In this document: positions 20,806 through 37,810 of the stretch, one piece after another | Position numbering within the stretch: the first letter of the stretch is position 1 | Layout: the number at the start of each line of letters is the position of its first letter | Assembly (NCBI GenBank): GCA_963817895.1 | Contig: CAWFQB010000003.1 | Span: 320,001-384,000, forward strand | Origin: an uncultured Chthonomonadaceae bacterium | GTDB taxonomy: Bacteria > Armatimonadota > Chthonomonadetes > Chthonomonadales > Chthonomonadaceae | Direction of reading: 5' to 3' | DNA length: 64,000 nt | Program-made: the position numbers and the translations under genes | The notes under the pieces: generated by a model | Databases searched by the model: none | Told to the model about the DNA's origin: nothing | The model's input: only the letters and a program-made list of their open reading frames with translations

Positions 20806-20900
20806 CAATAGATCTCTTTCATAGGTTCTCGTGAATGGCACAAGGCTAATCTCATTGAACGGACTTATGAAAGAGGTCTATTGCAGTTTTCACATGGATT

Positions 20901-23900
20901 TCACAGGGATTTTTGCGGGGGCTGTGTTGAGATAATGGGAATCGTTTCGCCGTCGTGTCCGCCCAATTGAGAGGTACGGCATACGTCCCCATACGCGCAA
21001 TTGCGGCAGTGGTCGCCGGGAGTGGCGTCAATGTTTCCAGACGTGATGGCGCGGGCCAGTCGTACCGCAGTGGCTTCCGCTGTTTTCAGCAAATCCGCGT
21101 ATTGGGCGCGATTCAGCGGCGTCACGCTGGTTCCATCTTCGAGGGGCGTGACCGGCGCGAACTGGCGCGCGCTGACATGCTCGGAACGATGGAAGCGCCG
21201 CCGCCCCCGCTCCTGCGCACTGTCGTAGCAGGCCACCGCGCCCACTTTATTGAACACGCGCTCCATTGCCAGCAGATACAACGGCATCTGCAAACTCTGT
21301 CCGCGCTGAATTTCGCCGAACGTTGGCGGCCTGCCGAGTTTATAATCCAGCACAAGGGCGCGCGTTCCCGTCGAATCGAAATCAACCCGATCCAGTGTGC
21401 CGCAAATAGCGACCGGCGGCCCGCCATCCACAACATTGAGCAGCAGCGGTTCGGCGCAGGAGGCCGCATCGTAAAGCCATGCGGATGAAGAACTCTCTCC
21501 TGATACTTCCTCACTCTGGCCTATTTGCCGCTCCTCCTCATCCTCCCAATCGCGCCGGGTTCCCACGCCGAACGTGAGTTCAAAATGCGCGGGCTGCATC
21601 CCGAACTGCGTTTGAAACCGCTCCTCGCGACTGGCAAAACCGTCCAGCGCGTCCGCAAGCAGGCGATGCGTCATCTGCTTCTGATGCGGCCCCGCGTCCA
21701 GATTCTCCTGCGCCAGCATTTCGCTCAGAATACGATGCAGCGTTTCACGAGTGGAGAGTGGAGAATGGAGAGTGGAGAGTGCGCCCGATTGCGCCTCTTC
21801 CCTTCTCCCTGCAAAATACCGATGCAGTACCGCATGAAGCAGGGTTCCCTGCGCGTTGCTGGCGATGCCGTCCGCTTCGGGGCGCAGGCGCAATACATGA
21901 CGCAAAAAGTACTGGAAGGGGCAGCGCCCGTAACTCTCAAGTTCCGTCACGCTGAAAACGGCGCGATGCGTGGCGAAGGCGCGGCGCAAAGCATCCGCTT
22001 CCAGACGCGGCAGGCGCGGCAGTCCACGCGCTTCCACCACGCGCCGCGTCACGCGCCGATCCGCTTCCTCCCGCATACACACCTGCATTAGCTGAACGGC
22101 CTGCCGCAGCGTCCCGCCCTCCATCTGCCCCATACCCGGATCAAACAGCGTGGCGCAGGCCGCTAACAGCCGATCACTGTTGGAAATAACCTCGTCCGGG
22201 CGCGGCGCGACATCAGCCAGAGTGCGGGAAACGATGGACAAGGATGAAGGAAAGATAGGAGATACGAGATACGAGATACGAGAAGGGGAGGATTCATCCT
22301 TCATCCTTCCGCCTTTATCCTTTGTCCCGAACACCGTTTTTACCTCATCCAGATAGAAAGACGGCAGGGTGTCGGATTCGTCGGCGGAACGGGGGTAGGA
22401 GAGAATCAGGCGTTCGGCGGGGGCAGTCACGGCAAGGTAGAAGAAGAACCGCTCGTCGTCGGCGCGTCCGCGCTGCTCCTCCAGATCCATTCCCGTCGCC
22501 TGCCGCAATGCGATGCGCTCGGCGTCCCGCAAAAACGGGTCTTCTGTGATGCGGCGGGGGAACACGCGCTCGGTCAGGCCCATCACGGCGGCGACTTTGA
22601 GCGAACGTTCGCGGGCATCGTATGGTTCCGCCACCCGGACTCTATCTCCCTCGGCGGTGGCAATGGAAGAACTCGCCTGCCACGCCGCCAACAGTTCGTC
22701 GTGAAAGCCCTGAAACGTCAGCGTGTCGCGCCCGGAAAGCGCGGCCATTTTCGCCAGCGCTTGCAGCACATCCTTTGCCGTTTGCCATGCGATCCGGTCC
22801 CGCTGCTGCCGCGTCGGTTCCCCCTGCGCGATCCGCTCCTGCAGCCCGAAGTGTCCCACAATCTCTTCAATCAGCAGCGCGAACCGGCGCGGGTCCTGAC
22901 GCTCCCGCGTCAGCAACATATCGTAATGCGCGAGGTCGAGCAGGCATACATGCAGGGATGAGGGATGTGTCCTTCCCTGCGGGTGGACGCCCGGGATTAG
23001 AGATGAATTCTCTCCTTCTTGTATCTCGTATCTCGTATCTCGTATCTCTCCTGTCTCCTCTTCTCCTTTTCTCCTTTTCTCCTTTTCTTCCCTTCCCTCT
23101 ATCAGCGTCAGCCAACGTTCCCGCCCTTCGCGGATACCGGACTGGCGGGCGCGGCGGCGCAGGGCGTCGGCTTCGATTTTGTCGGGCGCGGTGTAGCTGG
23201 ATTTGAGGAAGGCGAGAACATCGTCCCGCTGCCAGCCGCGCCGAACGATATTCAGCAGGTGCAGCAGGGTTTTCAGGAAGGGGTTTTCGGTCAGCGTTTC
23301 CGGCCCGTCAATGCCGAGCGGAATATCATGCCGCTCGAAAACCGCCGCCAGAATCGGCGCGTAATCGCCCATCGCCCGTAGAATCACGGCAAAATCGCTC
23401 CACGCATACTGCCCCGTATCATACAGTCGCCGAAACGCCCGCGCCACCATTTCCGCCTCGACATAGGGATTAGGGGAATCGAACAGTTGCACATCAGTAG
23501 AAAGTGGAGAGTGGAGAGTGGAGAGTGACTCCTGTAATGCTGTGTGATGAGTAATGAGTGATGAGTGAAATGCCACATTTTGTTCATCACTCTCACTCTC
23601 CACTCTCCACTCTCCACTTGTACCTTCAAACAATGAGTCACTCAGCAGGGCCAGAGCGGGTGGGCGCGTAGGCGGGGTGAAGGTGAGCGGGGTTTCGTGG
23701 CAGGCGAATTCCTGGCGCAGCAGCGTCAGGGTTCGGGCGGGGGCGGCGAACAGCAGGGGGCGGCGGGACTCATACGGCAGGGTAATGGCAACCTCTATAG
23801 GCGGCGCGTTCGGGCCGGGAACATGGCCGGACAAGGCGGCCAATAGCCGCCGCTGCATGGCGTTGAAGCGATAAAAACCGTCCACGACCACGCAGGCGGT

Positions 23901-24681
23901 TTGTGGATGCAGGCCGGATGCGCCCCCATTCACGCGCTCTACAGCCAGTCGCAGACAATCCTCATCATCCTGAAGTTGGTTGCGCGTCAAAAAGGCTTCG
24001 TAAGCGCGGAATAATCGCGCCAACTCCCGCGTTTTACGCGCAAAGGTCGGGATCAGACAGGGGGACGGCAAGCAGGGGGCCGGATTGTTCCAGCAGGTCG
24101 GGTGTCAGTCCGGCCAGTTTCCATTCGCGGACGCGCTCGGCAAACGCGGGTACAAACCCCGGCGCGCGCAGCATCCGCCCCAGGAAATCATCCGGGCGTA
24201 TGGTGGCGGGCAGCAATTCGGCAATCGCCAGTCGCTGAAAGGCGCGCCCGATGGCTCCCACAGTGGGGGAAGCGTCCTCATCCTCCCCGTTCTCTTCAAC
24301 CTCTTCCGCAATCAGCCGGGCGGCCAACTGTCGAAATGTTACCGTGCAGGCGGTTGTCTCTTCTACCGGAATGTCAAGGCGGGCGGCAAGCTGTTCGGCG
24401 CGAGTTTGCGCCTGCTGCGGCGAGGACACAATCAGCAGACCGCGCTGGCCCGCCCGCCAACACGTTTCAAGACGCTGTAATGCCCATTCCGTTTTGCCCG
24501 AACCGGCGGGGCCGAACAGCAGCGTCAGCGCAGGCCGCAAGTCCGGCTTCTCCTCTGCCACATGTTCAACGGAACTTTCAACCGGGGAAGCGGCAGGCGC
24601 AGCGATGACCGCCGCGCCGGGAACCGGGGATCGGCGTTTGCGGTTGACGTTGGGGCGCGTATTCGCTTCGTGTACATCCAT
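20901..24681 (-). CDS. addB: AddB/RexB-like helicase-nuclease subunit; frameshift near 24040-24070; several low-complexity inserts
   Basis: GPAGSGKT, VVDGFYRF, DDERFFFY, CPFQYF, GTLDRVD..LDYK..QMPLY, CRNCAYGDVC (Fe-S cysteines). Confidence 0.78.
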
Positions 24682-25033
24682 GCCGCGCGTGATCTCCTGC
24701 ACAGGTTGTTCCGACCTGGACCCTGTGAACGCAGAGTGTGGAACAAATATTAACACTGATAGAGAAACCGTGAGAACAGGCCGATTATAGCACAATACCG
24801 CTCACCGGAAAATAACCGATATTTGTCTGCTAATCACGTTGTTTGTTGTTTAATCCTGCGCTTGTTCACCAAATTTTGACAGTATGCCCGCATTAAAACG
24901 GGCTTCTAACCATTTGCGCTAACGTTAATGGAACATAGAAGGTAGAAATAAGTGTCTCTCTAAGTGGGAGTTTAGAGAATAACCCCGTGCAGGGTTCCGG
25001 CAGGAGCCGGAAAATGGAAAGAAGGAATTGATT

Positions 25034-25837
25034 ATGAAAATGCGTAATCCTACTAAGGCGTTTACGCTCATCGAATTGCTCGTCGTGATCGCTATTATCG
25101 CGATTCTCGCCGCAATTCTGTTTCCCGTGTTCGCGCAGGCGCGGGCCAAAGCGCGTTCCGTCGCGTGTTTGTCAAACTTCAAGCAAATCGGCACAAGTAT
25201 CGCCATGTACACGCAGGATTATGATGAGAACTATCCCGTGTGCAACATGTCCTACAAGGCTGCGGACGATTACGCGGTATGGGCGTCGTGGATGCAGGAG
25301 ATTCAGCCCTACATCAAGAACACGCAAATCTACTACTGTCCCGACGCGCTGCGGGATAATACGGTCGTGGTGAATGGCACAGACGGCAGCGCATTGGGAG
25401 CCATTACCGTGCCGACGCTTCAAATCGGCGGTTCCGAAGGTATCTTTATGAGTGGGGGCAACAATCCCCGGACGGGCGCGTCCGTCCAATCTATCGCGCT
25501 CGCTTCTATCGGCAAGCCCGCCGATTTATGTTTGGTGGCCGACTCGACCCATATTCTCATCCCCGCGATGGAGCGGGTGATGTACGCAAGCAAGCCCTCC
25601 AGCGCGGCTGGCGACTTTTACAGCGGCTGGCCGACCACTCCTGGCGGCAATCGCGCCATGCCCGGGTGGGCGCGGCACACGGGCGGCTCGAATATCTCGT
25701 TCGGCGATGGACACGCCAAATGGCTGGCGCAATTGAGCATGGATTTCGCCGGGGACTACCAGACCAACGGCAACCCCGTCAACGACCACTACTGGAGTCG
25801 CGTTCCCCTGTGGCCCGACGATGTGCGTCTTCGCTAA
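25034..25837 (+). CDS. Prepilin-type N-methylation / DUF1559-like protein with H-X9-DG motif
   Basis: [51 protein letters not shown]. Confidence 0.92.
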   Translation: MKMRNPTKAFTLIELLVVIAIIAILAAILFPVFAQARAKARSVACLSNFKQIGTSIAMYTQDYDENYPVCNMSYKAADDYAVWASWMQEIQPYIKNTQIYYCPDALRDNTVVVNGTDGSALGAITVPTLQIGGSEGIFMSGGNNPRTGASVQSIALASIGKPADLCLVADSTHILIPAMERVMYASKPSSAAGDFYSGWPTTPGGNRAMPGWARHTGGSNISFGDGHAKWLAQLSMDFAGDYQTNGNPVNDHYWSRVPLWPDDVRLR

Positions 25838-25862
25838 TGCGCCGTAAAGATAAAACAGTTTG

Positions 25863-25921
25863 GTAGGGGCGTTGCTTGCTGCGCCCTTGTTTGAGGAGGG
25901 TTCAGCAAGCAGAACCCCTAC
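25863..25921. repeat. GTAG-type REP-like inverted doublet
   Basis: GTAGgggcgttgcttgctgcgccct...agggttcagcaagcagaacccCTAC. Confidence 0.6.
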
Positions 25922-26079
25922 AACGTACCCTGCCATTCACCCTTGATGAAGTAAGAGAACATGCTGCGGAATATCAGGGTTAAGCGATGGTAGTTTCATC
26001 AAATCTGGAACGCTTCAGTCTGCGCTAAAACAGGCTAAAGCGTTCCTTTTGCCGCCTCGCCTGTCAGTTCAACATCACC

Positions 26080-27456
26080 ATGAAACACCCGTCAACGTCA
26101 AAGTGGACATACGGATTAAGAGGCTGCGCCCGGTCAGGCGCAGGCCGATTGTTGCTGCTGATTCTCTTGAGTCTGGTCGCTGTGTTACTGCTGGCAGCCT
26201 GCGCGTCTCATTCTCCTGCCCCGCCCGCTTCCCCTTTGCCCGCGCCCGATGTGGTTTCCGGTTTGCAGACCGCATCCGTCGTGGATGTGCGACAGGTGCG
26301 CCGCGCATTGACAACAGACGAAGCGAAAGATTATCTGGGAAATGGCGTGTGCGCCTCGTGCCATAAAGAGGTTGCTTCGGCGCATGAGCGTTCCACCCAC
26401 GCGCATACCCTGCGCCCCGTCACGTTGCAAAAAGATGGCCCGTTTTTCCGTTCCACGCAAAGCATGACGGATGCTTCGCTCGGCTGCGCGTACAGCACGT
26501 TTGTTTCCGAAGGCAAATGCGTGTTTCGGGGGCGCAACGCGCTCGGCAAATCCGACCTGCCTGCCGCGTATGTGATGGGCAGCGGACACAACGCTTATAC
26601 CTACCTGAGCCTGAACGATCCGCGCGGATGGGTGGAACTGCGCCTGAGTTACTACGACAAGGCCAAAAAGTGGGATTACACGCCCGGACAACTGCCGGGC
26701 GCGAATTTAGACCGCGCGGCGGGGCGTATTCAGGCGGGCGCGATGCTCACAGGCTGCTTGCTGTGCCATGTCACCACGTTGCGGCAGGAGCCTGCGCCCC
26801 TCGGCCCGGATGGATTGCCGACAGGAGAAGGCCCGCCGGACATGAAGAATTCCCTGCTCGGCGTGGGCTGTGAGCGGTGTCACGGGCCGGGACGGGCGCA
26901 CGTAGACCAGGCGTTGAAGGCGCGCGCGACCACGCCCGAACTGCTGGCCCGCGCTAAATCCGCCGGCCAAACCTACGGCATGGAAGATTTACACAAGGCT
27001 ACGCCCGACGCCATCAATACCCTGTGCGGAGCCTGCCACCGCACCATCGCTAACGCCGAATCCAGTGACCCGCATACCGAAATGAACCTGTCCCGTTTTC
27101 AGGGCGTCGCCCTTTCCCGCAGCCGGTGTTACCAGAAAAGCGGAACCCTCTCCTGCCTGACCTGCCACGACTCGCACCGCAACGCCGATACCAATCTTGC
27201 TCACAATGACGCTATTTGCCTGACGTGCCACTCCGGGGATAGAAAAGGAGACAAGGAGAAGAGGAGACAAGGAGAAGAGGAGACACACTCACCAACCACC
27301 AACCACCAACCACCAACCACCAACGCCGTTTGTCCCGTCAACCCGCGTACCGGCTGTACGGGCTGCCACATGCCGCAGCAAACGATTGCCGATATTCCCC
27401 ATGTGCGCTATACGAACCACTGGATTAAAGTTTGGCCCACGAGCCAATCTCAATAG
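26080..27456 (+). CDS. Multiheme cytochrome c (7 CxxCH), probable lipoprotein
   Basis: CASCH, CLLCH, CERCH, CGACH, CLTCH x2, CTGCH; LAAC lipobox. Confidence 0.85.
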   Translation: MKHPSTSKWTYGLRGCARSGAGRLLLLILLSLVAVLLLAACASHSPAPPASPLPAPDVVSGLQTASVVDVRQVRRALTTDEAKDYLGNGVCASCHKEVASAHERSTHAHTLRPVTLQKDGPFFRSTQSMTDASLGCAYSTFVSEGKCVFRGRNALGKSDLPAAYVMGSGHNAYTYLSLNDPRGWVELRLSYYDKAKKWDYTPGQLPGANLDRAAGRIQAGAMLTGCLLCHVTTLRQEPAPLGPDGLPTGEGPPDMKNSLLGVGCERCHGPGRAHVDQALKARATTPELLARAKSAGQTYGMEDLHKATPDAINTLCGACHRTIANAESSDPHTEMNLSRFQGVALSRSRCYQKSGTLSCLTCHDSHRNADTNLAHNDAICLTCHSGDRKGDKEKRRQGEEETHSPTTNHQPPTTNAVCPVNPRTGCTGCHMPQQTIADIPHVRYTNHWIKVWPTSQSQ

Positions 27457-27502
27457 GTTTTCTAATCCGCCCACAGAGTGAGAGGAGAGCATATAGTCGC
27501 CT

Positions 27503-27871
27503 TCATGCGTTAGAGGCAGTTTCCCATACGTAGACGTTTAACCTTCCAGAGGGATACCTGTCATAGATGCGTAACTCCAACTCAGAAATTTCGTCGGCCT
27601 TCTTATCCAGTAAATCGGGTATCGTGACGGCAATGGTTGCCTCACCCCACGTTTCGCCGCCGGAAACGCTGACCTGTACGCCCTCTATTTTTCTGACCTC
27701 AAGATAGAAATGGTAATTTGCCAGTTCCGTTTGCGTCGGACCGATGTGTTCGCCGGGTAAAGGCAGTTGTTCTGCAAATTCACACCTGTTGGATTCTGCC
27801 TGCAATTCAGCCGACGCATCTTTAGATTTTGCTGACCCCATAATCAGGCGGGTTATGTCCAAAACAGACAT
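27503..27871 (-). CDS. Hypothetical protein, 122 aa
   Basis: AGGAGG SD; TTGACA-16-TATAAT promoter at 27911-27938 (minus). Confidence 0.65.
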   Translation of the reverse strand: MSVLDITRLIMGSAKSKDASAELQAESNRCEFAEQLPLPGEHIGPTQTELANYHFYLEVRKIEGVQVSVSGGETWGEATIAVTIPDLLDKKADEISELELRIYDRYPSGRLNVYVWETASNA

Positions 27872-28064
27872 TGCTGACCTCCTTCGCCTGGAACGCGCGC
27901 ATACAGGTGTATTATAGCAAAATCAGCGGGTTTGTCAAGGGGCAGCAAAAGATTGCCCTGCCCGATAACAGCCTGTTGCAACTTTCCCCGCCTCTCCATT
28001 GTCTAATCGTTTGGCTTCATCGCCCCCGACCGTAATTTTTTCGGAACACGGGCGTAAATACCGC

Positions 28065-28094
28065 TTGACACCGCGTAGGAAAGTGTGGTATCCT
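28065..28094 (+). promoter_or_regulatory. Putative rpoBC promoter
   Basis: TTGACA-18 nt-TATCCT with TGn before the -10. Confidence 0.55.
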
Positions 28095-28281
28095 AGCGTT
28101 TCGTGCGTAAGGACAAGCAGGCCATTTTTGCCGGACTACCCGGCATTTTCACCTATAACGAAGGATGAAGGCAAAGGGCGCAGCAGAGGCAAACCAGCAA
28201 TTCGGCAATCCTCTCCCGCCCTTTTCTCTTCATCCTTTTCGTGCCACAGCTTAACCCGCACTCTCAGGGGAGGCGTATTCC

Positions 28282-31200
28282 ATGTCCGTTAAGGAAATTC
28301 AGGGCCGTGCCAAACAGACCCGCCACACCGTTCAAATTCCCAACCTCGTTGAACTCCAACTTAACTCGTATCGCTGGTTTTTAGAAGAGGGCTTGCAGGA
28401 ACTGTTCGATAGTTTTTCACCGATTTATGATTTCACCGGCAATACTTCCATTTCGCTGACGAGTTTCACGCTGGGAGAACCCAAATACAGCGTGGAAGAG
28501 TGCCGTGACCGCGATATGACTTTCGAGTCGCCTATCAAGGCCAAAGTGCTGCTGCGGCAGGCCAGCAAAGAAGAGATCGAAAGCGAAGTGTATCTTGGCG
28601 ACCTGCCGCTGATGACCGATAAAGGAACGTTTATCATCAACGGCGCGGAGCGCGTCGTCGTCAGCCAGCTTGCCCGTTCGCCCGGCGTGTACTTCAAGGA
28701 CAGCCTGGACTTTTCCGGCAAGGTGCTGTACTTCGCCACCATCATTCCGCAGGAGGGCGCGTGGGTGGATGTGGAAACCGACAACGGCAACCTCATCACC
28801 GTCCGCATCGGGCAAACCAAGAAGTTCCCGCTGACAACCCTGCTGCGCGCCCTGATGGCCCGCGATGTGAACGGCGAACTGATTTACAAGCAGGCGTCCG
28901 CGCCGCTCGAAATGTCCATCAAGGACGTGCTTACCCGATTCTGGATTTATAAGAATGTAGAGATTCTGAATGAGGAGGGCAAGACTCGTGGCACGGAAGT
29001 GCAGAAAGACTTCTTCCTCGCGTATCGCCTGCATGAACCGGTCATAGATAAGAGTACCGGCGAAATCATAGCCGAGGGCGAAACCCTCGCGACCGAAGAA
29101 TTCCTGACCGAACTGGCAGGCAAAATCGGCGAGACTGCCATTATCAAACTGTATTCGCGCACGGAAGACACCCGCGACATTCTGGATATGTTCTCCACTC
29201 GCGTCACTCTGGAAGCGCCCGCCGCCGATGTGCTGATCGGCAAGCGCCCCGTTGAAGAGATCAGGAGCGACACGGACAAGATCATCGTCAAGGCGTACCA
29301 ACTTATCGGCGACAAAACGACAGCCAACGCGGTTGCAAAACTGAAACTGCCGACGCTGGAAGTTCTGGCTGTGAACCGCTACGTCGAAGCCGCGCTGGAA
29401 CAGGATGTGGCAACGGATTCCAGTTCCGCCCTGCTCGATATTTACAAGAAAATCCGCCCCGGCGACCCGGCAACGCTCGACTCTGCCAAGAACCTGGTGC
29501 AGTCCATCTTCTTCGACGCCCGCCGCTACGACATGGCGAAGGTGGGACGCTTCAAGGTCAACAAGAAACTCGGCTCGACCGTTCCCATGACGGCCCGAAC
29601 GCTGACCAAAGAAGACCTTGTCAGCATCCTGCGCTACATCATCAACCTGAACGCGAACGCCGACAACTACACGACGGACGACATTGACCACCTTGAAAAC
29701 AAGCGCGTCCGGTCTGTTGGCGAACTACTGACTTCGCAATTGCGCATGGGCTTTTTGCGCATGGAAAAAGTCGCCAAAGAGCGCATGACCAGTCTGGACA
29801 ACGACAACATCATCCCGCAGGTGATTTTGTCGGTCAAGCCCATTTCGGCGTCCATCAAGTCGTTCTTCGGCAGTTCGCAATTGTCGCAGTTTATGGATCA
29901 GACCAATCCGCTTGCGGAACTGACGGCAAAGCGGCGTTTGTCGGCACTCGGCCCGGGCGGTTTGTCCCGGCAGTCGGCCAAATTGGAAGTGCGCGACGTT
30001 CACCACAGCCATTACGGGCGCATCTGTCCGATTGAAACGCCTGAAGGCCCGAACATCGGTTTGATTGGCTCAATGGCCGTTCACGCCCGCATTGACGATT
30101 ACGGCTTTCTGGAAACGCCTTACCGCCTGGTGAAAAACGGGCAGGTTTCGGACGAACTCGTGTGGATGACAGCCGACATTGACCACCGGCACTATATCGC
30201 GCCCGCCAACCTGCAACTGGACGAGAACAACCGCTTTGTGGATGAACAAGTTCAGGTGCGCTTTGAAGAGGGCTATCCGAACGTCAAGCCCGCCAAAGTG
30301 GAGTTTATGGATGTGGCCCCGGTGCAGTTGATTTCCATTGCCACCGCCATGATCCCGTTCATTGAAAACGACGAGGCGACCCGCGCGCTTATGGGCGCGA
30401 ACATGCAGCGGCAAGCCGTGCCGTGCCTGCGCCCGGACGCCCCGCTCGTGAAAACGGGTATGGAACGCCGTTCCGCCCGCGATTCCGGCGCGGTGATTAT
30501 CGCCCGTCGTTCGGGTGTCGTGACCCGCGTGACAGCCGAGCAGATTGATGTGACCACGCAGGATGGACGCATTGACAGCTACCGGCTCATCAACCTGCTG
30601 CGCTCCAACAACTCGACCTGTATCACGCAGCGCCCGATTGTCAACAAGGGACAGCGGGTTCGGCAGGGGCAGGTCATTACGGACGGGCCATGTACGGATC
30701 AGGGCGAACTCGCGCTTGGACAGAACGTTCTCGTGGCATTCATGCCCTGGGGCGGCTACAACTACGAAGACGCCATTCTGCTCAGTGAGCGGCTCGTGAA
30801 GGATGACGTGTTCACGTCCATTCACATCGAAGAGTTCGACAGCGAAGCCCGCGATACCAAACTTGGCCCGGAAGAGATCACGCGCGATATTCCCAACGTC
30901 GGCGAGGACATGCTCAAAGACCTGGACGAAGAGGGCGTGATTCGCATCGGCGCGGAAGTGCGCCCGGACGAGATTCTGGTCGGCAAAGTGGCCCCCAAAG
31001 GCCAGGGCGAACTGACGGCGGAAGAGCGGCTTATCATCGCCATCTTCGGCAAAAAAGCGGAAGAGACTCGCGACGTAAGTTTGCGCGTCCCGCACGGTAA
31101 CGGCGGGCGCGTGGTGGATGTCAAGGTGTTTAGCCGCTTCAAGTATCAGGGCAGCCGCGACAAGCGCATTTACAACTTCTGTAAGCGGCCCGACGCGTCC

Positions 31201-32454
31201 GTGAAGGACATGGAGGACGGCGAACTGCTGCGCCTGCCCGCTGACGAACTGAACGCGGGCGTCAACATGAGTGTGCGCGTCTATATCGCTCAGAAGCGCA
31301 AAATCATGGAAGGCGACAAAATGGCCGGACGGCACGGCAACAAGGGCGTCATTTCCAAAATCCTGCCGATGGAAGACATGCCGTTTTTGCCGGACGGGAC
31401 TCCGGTTGACATCGTGCTGAACCCGCTCGGCGTCCCTTCCCGTATGAACATCGGGCAGATTCTGGAAACGCACCTGGGCTATGTCGGGCGGCACATGGAC
31501 TGCACCTTCGTCAACCCCGCCTTTGAAGGCTCGACGGAACACGAGATCGTGGCTGAAATGGATCGGCTTGCTGAACACTTCCGACGACGGACGCTTGAAA
31601 ACTACGTCAACAGCGAACTCCGGCTCGGAATGCAGTTCGCGGACGGACAGACCGCCGACGCGATGATGGGCGAAGTGCGAACCCGCCTGCAAGCGCTGGA
31701 TGGCAACCGGCTGGAACAAATCAGCAGCATCGTGGCCGCCGCGCCTCTGGTTTCGCCTGTACAGCGCGAACTGACAGCGGGGGATGGCAACGGCGCGGCA
31801 ATGCTTGCCGAGGAGACAGAACAACCCTCGATTAGCCTGGTTCCTGCCGATTATGACATGGAAACGATTGTCACGCGCATTCAGGACAACGCCTGGAAGC
31901 GAGCCGGATTCGATGGACACACGGGCAAAACGATGTTGCGCGACGGGCTGACGGGCGAAGACTTCGAGATGCCGGTCACAGTCGGCGTAATCTACATGCT
32001 AAAACTGGCCCACCTTGTGGACGATAAAATCCATGCCCGTTCCACCGGCCCCTACAGTCTGGTCACGCAGCAGCCGCTCGGCGGCAAAGCGCAGTTCGGC
32101 GGACAGCGGTTCGGCGAAATGGAAGTGTGGGCGCTGGAAGCCTACGGCGCGGCGTACATGCTGCAAGAAATCCTGACCATCAAATCCGACGACGTGCTGG
32201 GCCGTGTCAAAACCTACGAGAGCATCGTCAAGGGCGACAACATTCTGGAACCGGGCGTCCCTGAATCGTTCAAGATTCTGGTCAACGAACTGCAAAGTCT
32301 GGGCCTGAAAGTGACCGTTCTGGATGAGCAGGACAAGGAAATTGACCTGCGCGACCGCGACGACGACATAGACCCGAACGGCGACCCGGCAAAAGCGGCC
32401 ATCCGGCGACAGGCCAAAGCCCAACGCCTGCCTGAAGAAGAACCCGCGTTCTAA
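28282..32454 (+). CDS. rpoB: RNA polymerase beta subunit
   Basis: [73 protein letters not shown]. Confidence 0.99.
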   Translation: MSVKEIQGRAKQTRHTVQIPNLVELQLNSYRWFLEEGLQELFDSFSPIYDFTGNTSISLTSFTLGEPKYSVEECRDRDMTFESPIKAKVLLRQASKEEIESEVYLGDLPLMTDKGTFIINGAERVVVSQLARSPGVYFKDSLDFSGKVLYFATIIPQEGAWVDVETDNGNLITVRIGQTKKFPLTTLLRALMARDVNGELIYKQASAPLEMSIKDVLTRFWIYKNVEILNEEGKTRGTEVQKDFFLAYRLHEPVIDKSTGEIIAEGETLATEEFLTELAGKIGETAIIKLYSRTEDTRDILDMFSTRVTLEAPAADVLIGKRPVEEIRSDTDKIIVKAYQLIGDKTTANAVAKLKLPTLEVLAVNRYVEAALEQDVATDSSSALLDIYKKIRPGDPATLDSAKNLVQSIFFDARRYDMAKVGRFKVNKKLGSTVPMTARTLTKEDLVSILRYIINLNANADNYTTDDIDHLENKRVRSVGELLTSQLRMGFLRMEKVAKERMTSLDNDNIIPQVILSVKPISASIKSFFGSSQLSQFMDQTNPLAELTAKRRLSALGPGGLSRQSAKLEVRDVHHSHYGRICPIETPEGPNIGLIGSMAVHARIDDYGFLETPYRLVKNGQVSDELVWMTADIDHRHYIAPANLQLDENNRFVDEQVQVRFEEGYPNVKPAKVEFMDVAPVQLISIATAMIPFIENDEATRALMGANMQRQAVPCLRPDAPLVKTGMERRSARDSGAVIIARRSGVVTRVTAEQIDVTTQDGRIDSYRLINLLRSNNSTCITQRPIVNKGQRVRQGQVITDGPCTDQGELALGQNVLVAFMPWGGYNYEDAILLSERLVKDDVFTSIHIEEFDSEARDTKLGPEEITRDIPNVGEDMLKDLDEEGVIRIGAEVRPDEILVGKVAPKGQGELTAEERLIIAIFGKKAEETRDVSLRVPHGNGGRVVDVKVFSRFKYQGSRDKRIYNFCKRPDASVKDMEDGELLRLPADELNAGVNMSVRVYIAQKRKIMEGDKMAGRHGNKGVISKILPMEDMPFLPDGTPVDIVLNPLGVPSRMNIGQILETHLGYVGRHMDCTFVNPAFEGSTEHEIVAEMDRLAEHFRRRTLENYVNSELRLGMQFADGQTADAMMGEVRTRLQALDGNRLEQISSIVAAAPLVSPVQRELTAGDGNGAAMLAEETEQPSISLVPADYDMETIVTRIQDNAWKRAGFDGHTGKTMLRDGLTGEDFEMPVTVGVIYMLKLAHLVDDKIHARSTGPYSLVTQQPLGGKAQFGGQRFGEMEVWALEAYGAAYMLQEILTIKSDDVLGRVKTYESIVKGDNILEPGVPESFKILVNELQSLGLKVTVLDEQDKEIDLRDRDDDIDPNGDPAKAAIRRQAKAQRLPEEEPAF

Positions 32455-32461
32455 AATAATC

Positions 32462-32633
32462 TCACCACAGAGGCACAGAGACACAGAGGTTTCACAGAGA
32501 AATACAAGAGAGGATGAGAAGGGGATAAAGGGAACTTCCCGATTCACGTTTCGCGTAGAAGTTAAAACGTATCCCAACCCTGTTTCATTTTCTCTATTCT
32601 CTCCTCTGTGAAACCTCTGTGCCTCTGTGGTGA
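32462..32633. repeat. Long inverted element built from cacagag(g/a) units between rpoB and rpoC
   Basis: tcaccacagaggcacagagacacagaggtttcacagag ... ctctgtgaaacctctgtgcctctgtggtga. Confidence 0.8.
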
Positions 32634-32640
32634 AAATTAA

Positions 32641-37583
<4,943 letters not shown>

Positions 37584-37810
37584 CAAAGGACGAAGGATGA
37601 AGGAAGAGGGATGAAAAATTCATCCCTCTTCCTTTTTGTCCGGGTGAGTTTTGGCAGCGCGCTGTTATAACAAATTTGTAACTCCCATCATTGCGCGAAT
37701 TACTACTATAGGGCATAATGATGTGGAAAAAATTAGGTTGAAGAATTGACAGAGTACGGCAACAGAGTTCAGTATCTACCGTTGCGATAACGTGACAGAA
37801 GCGAGCGGAC

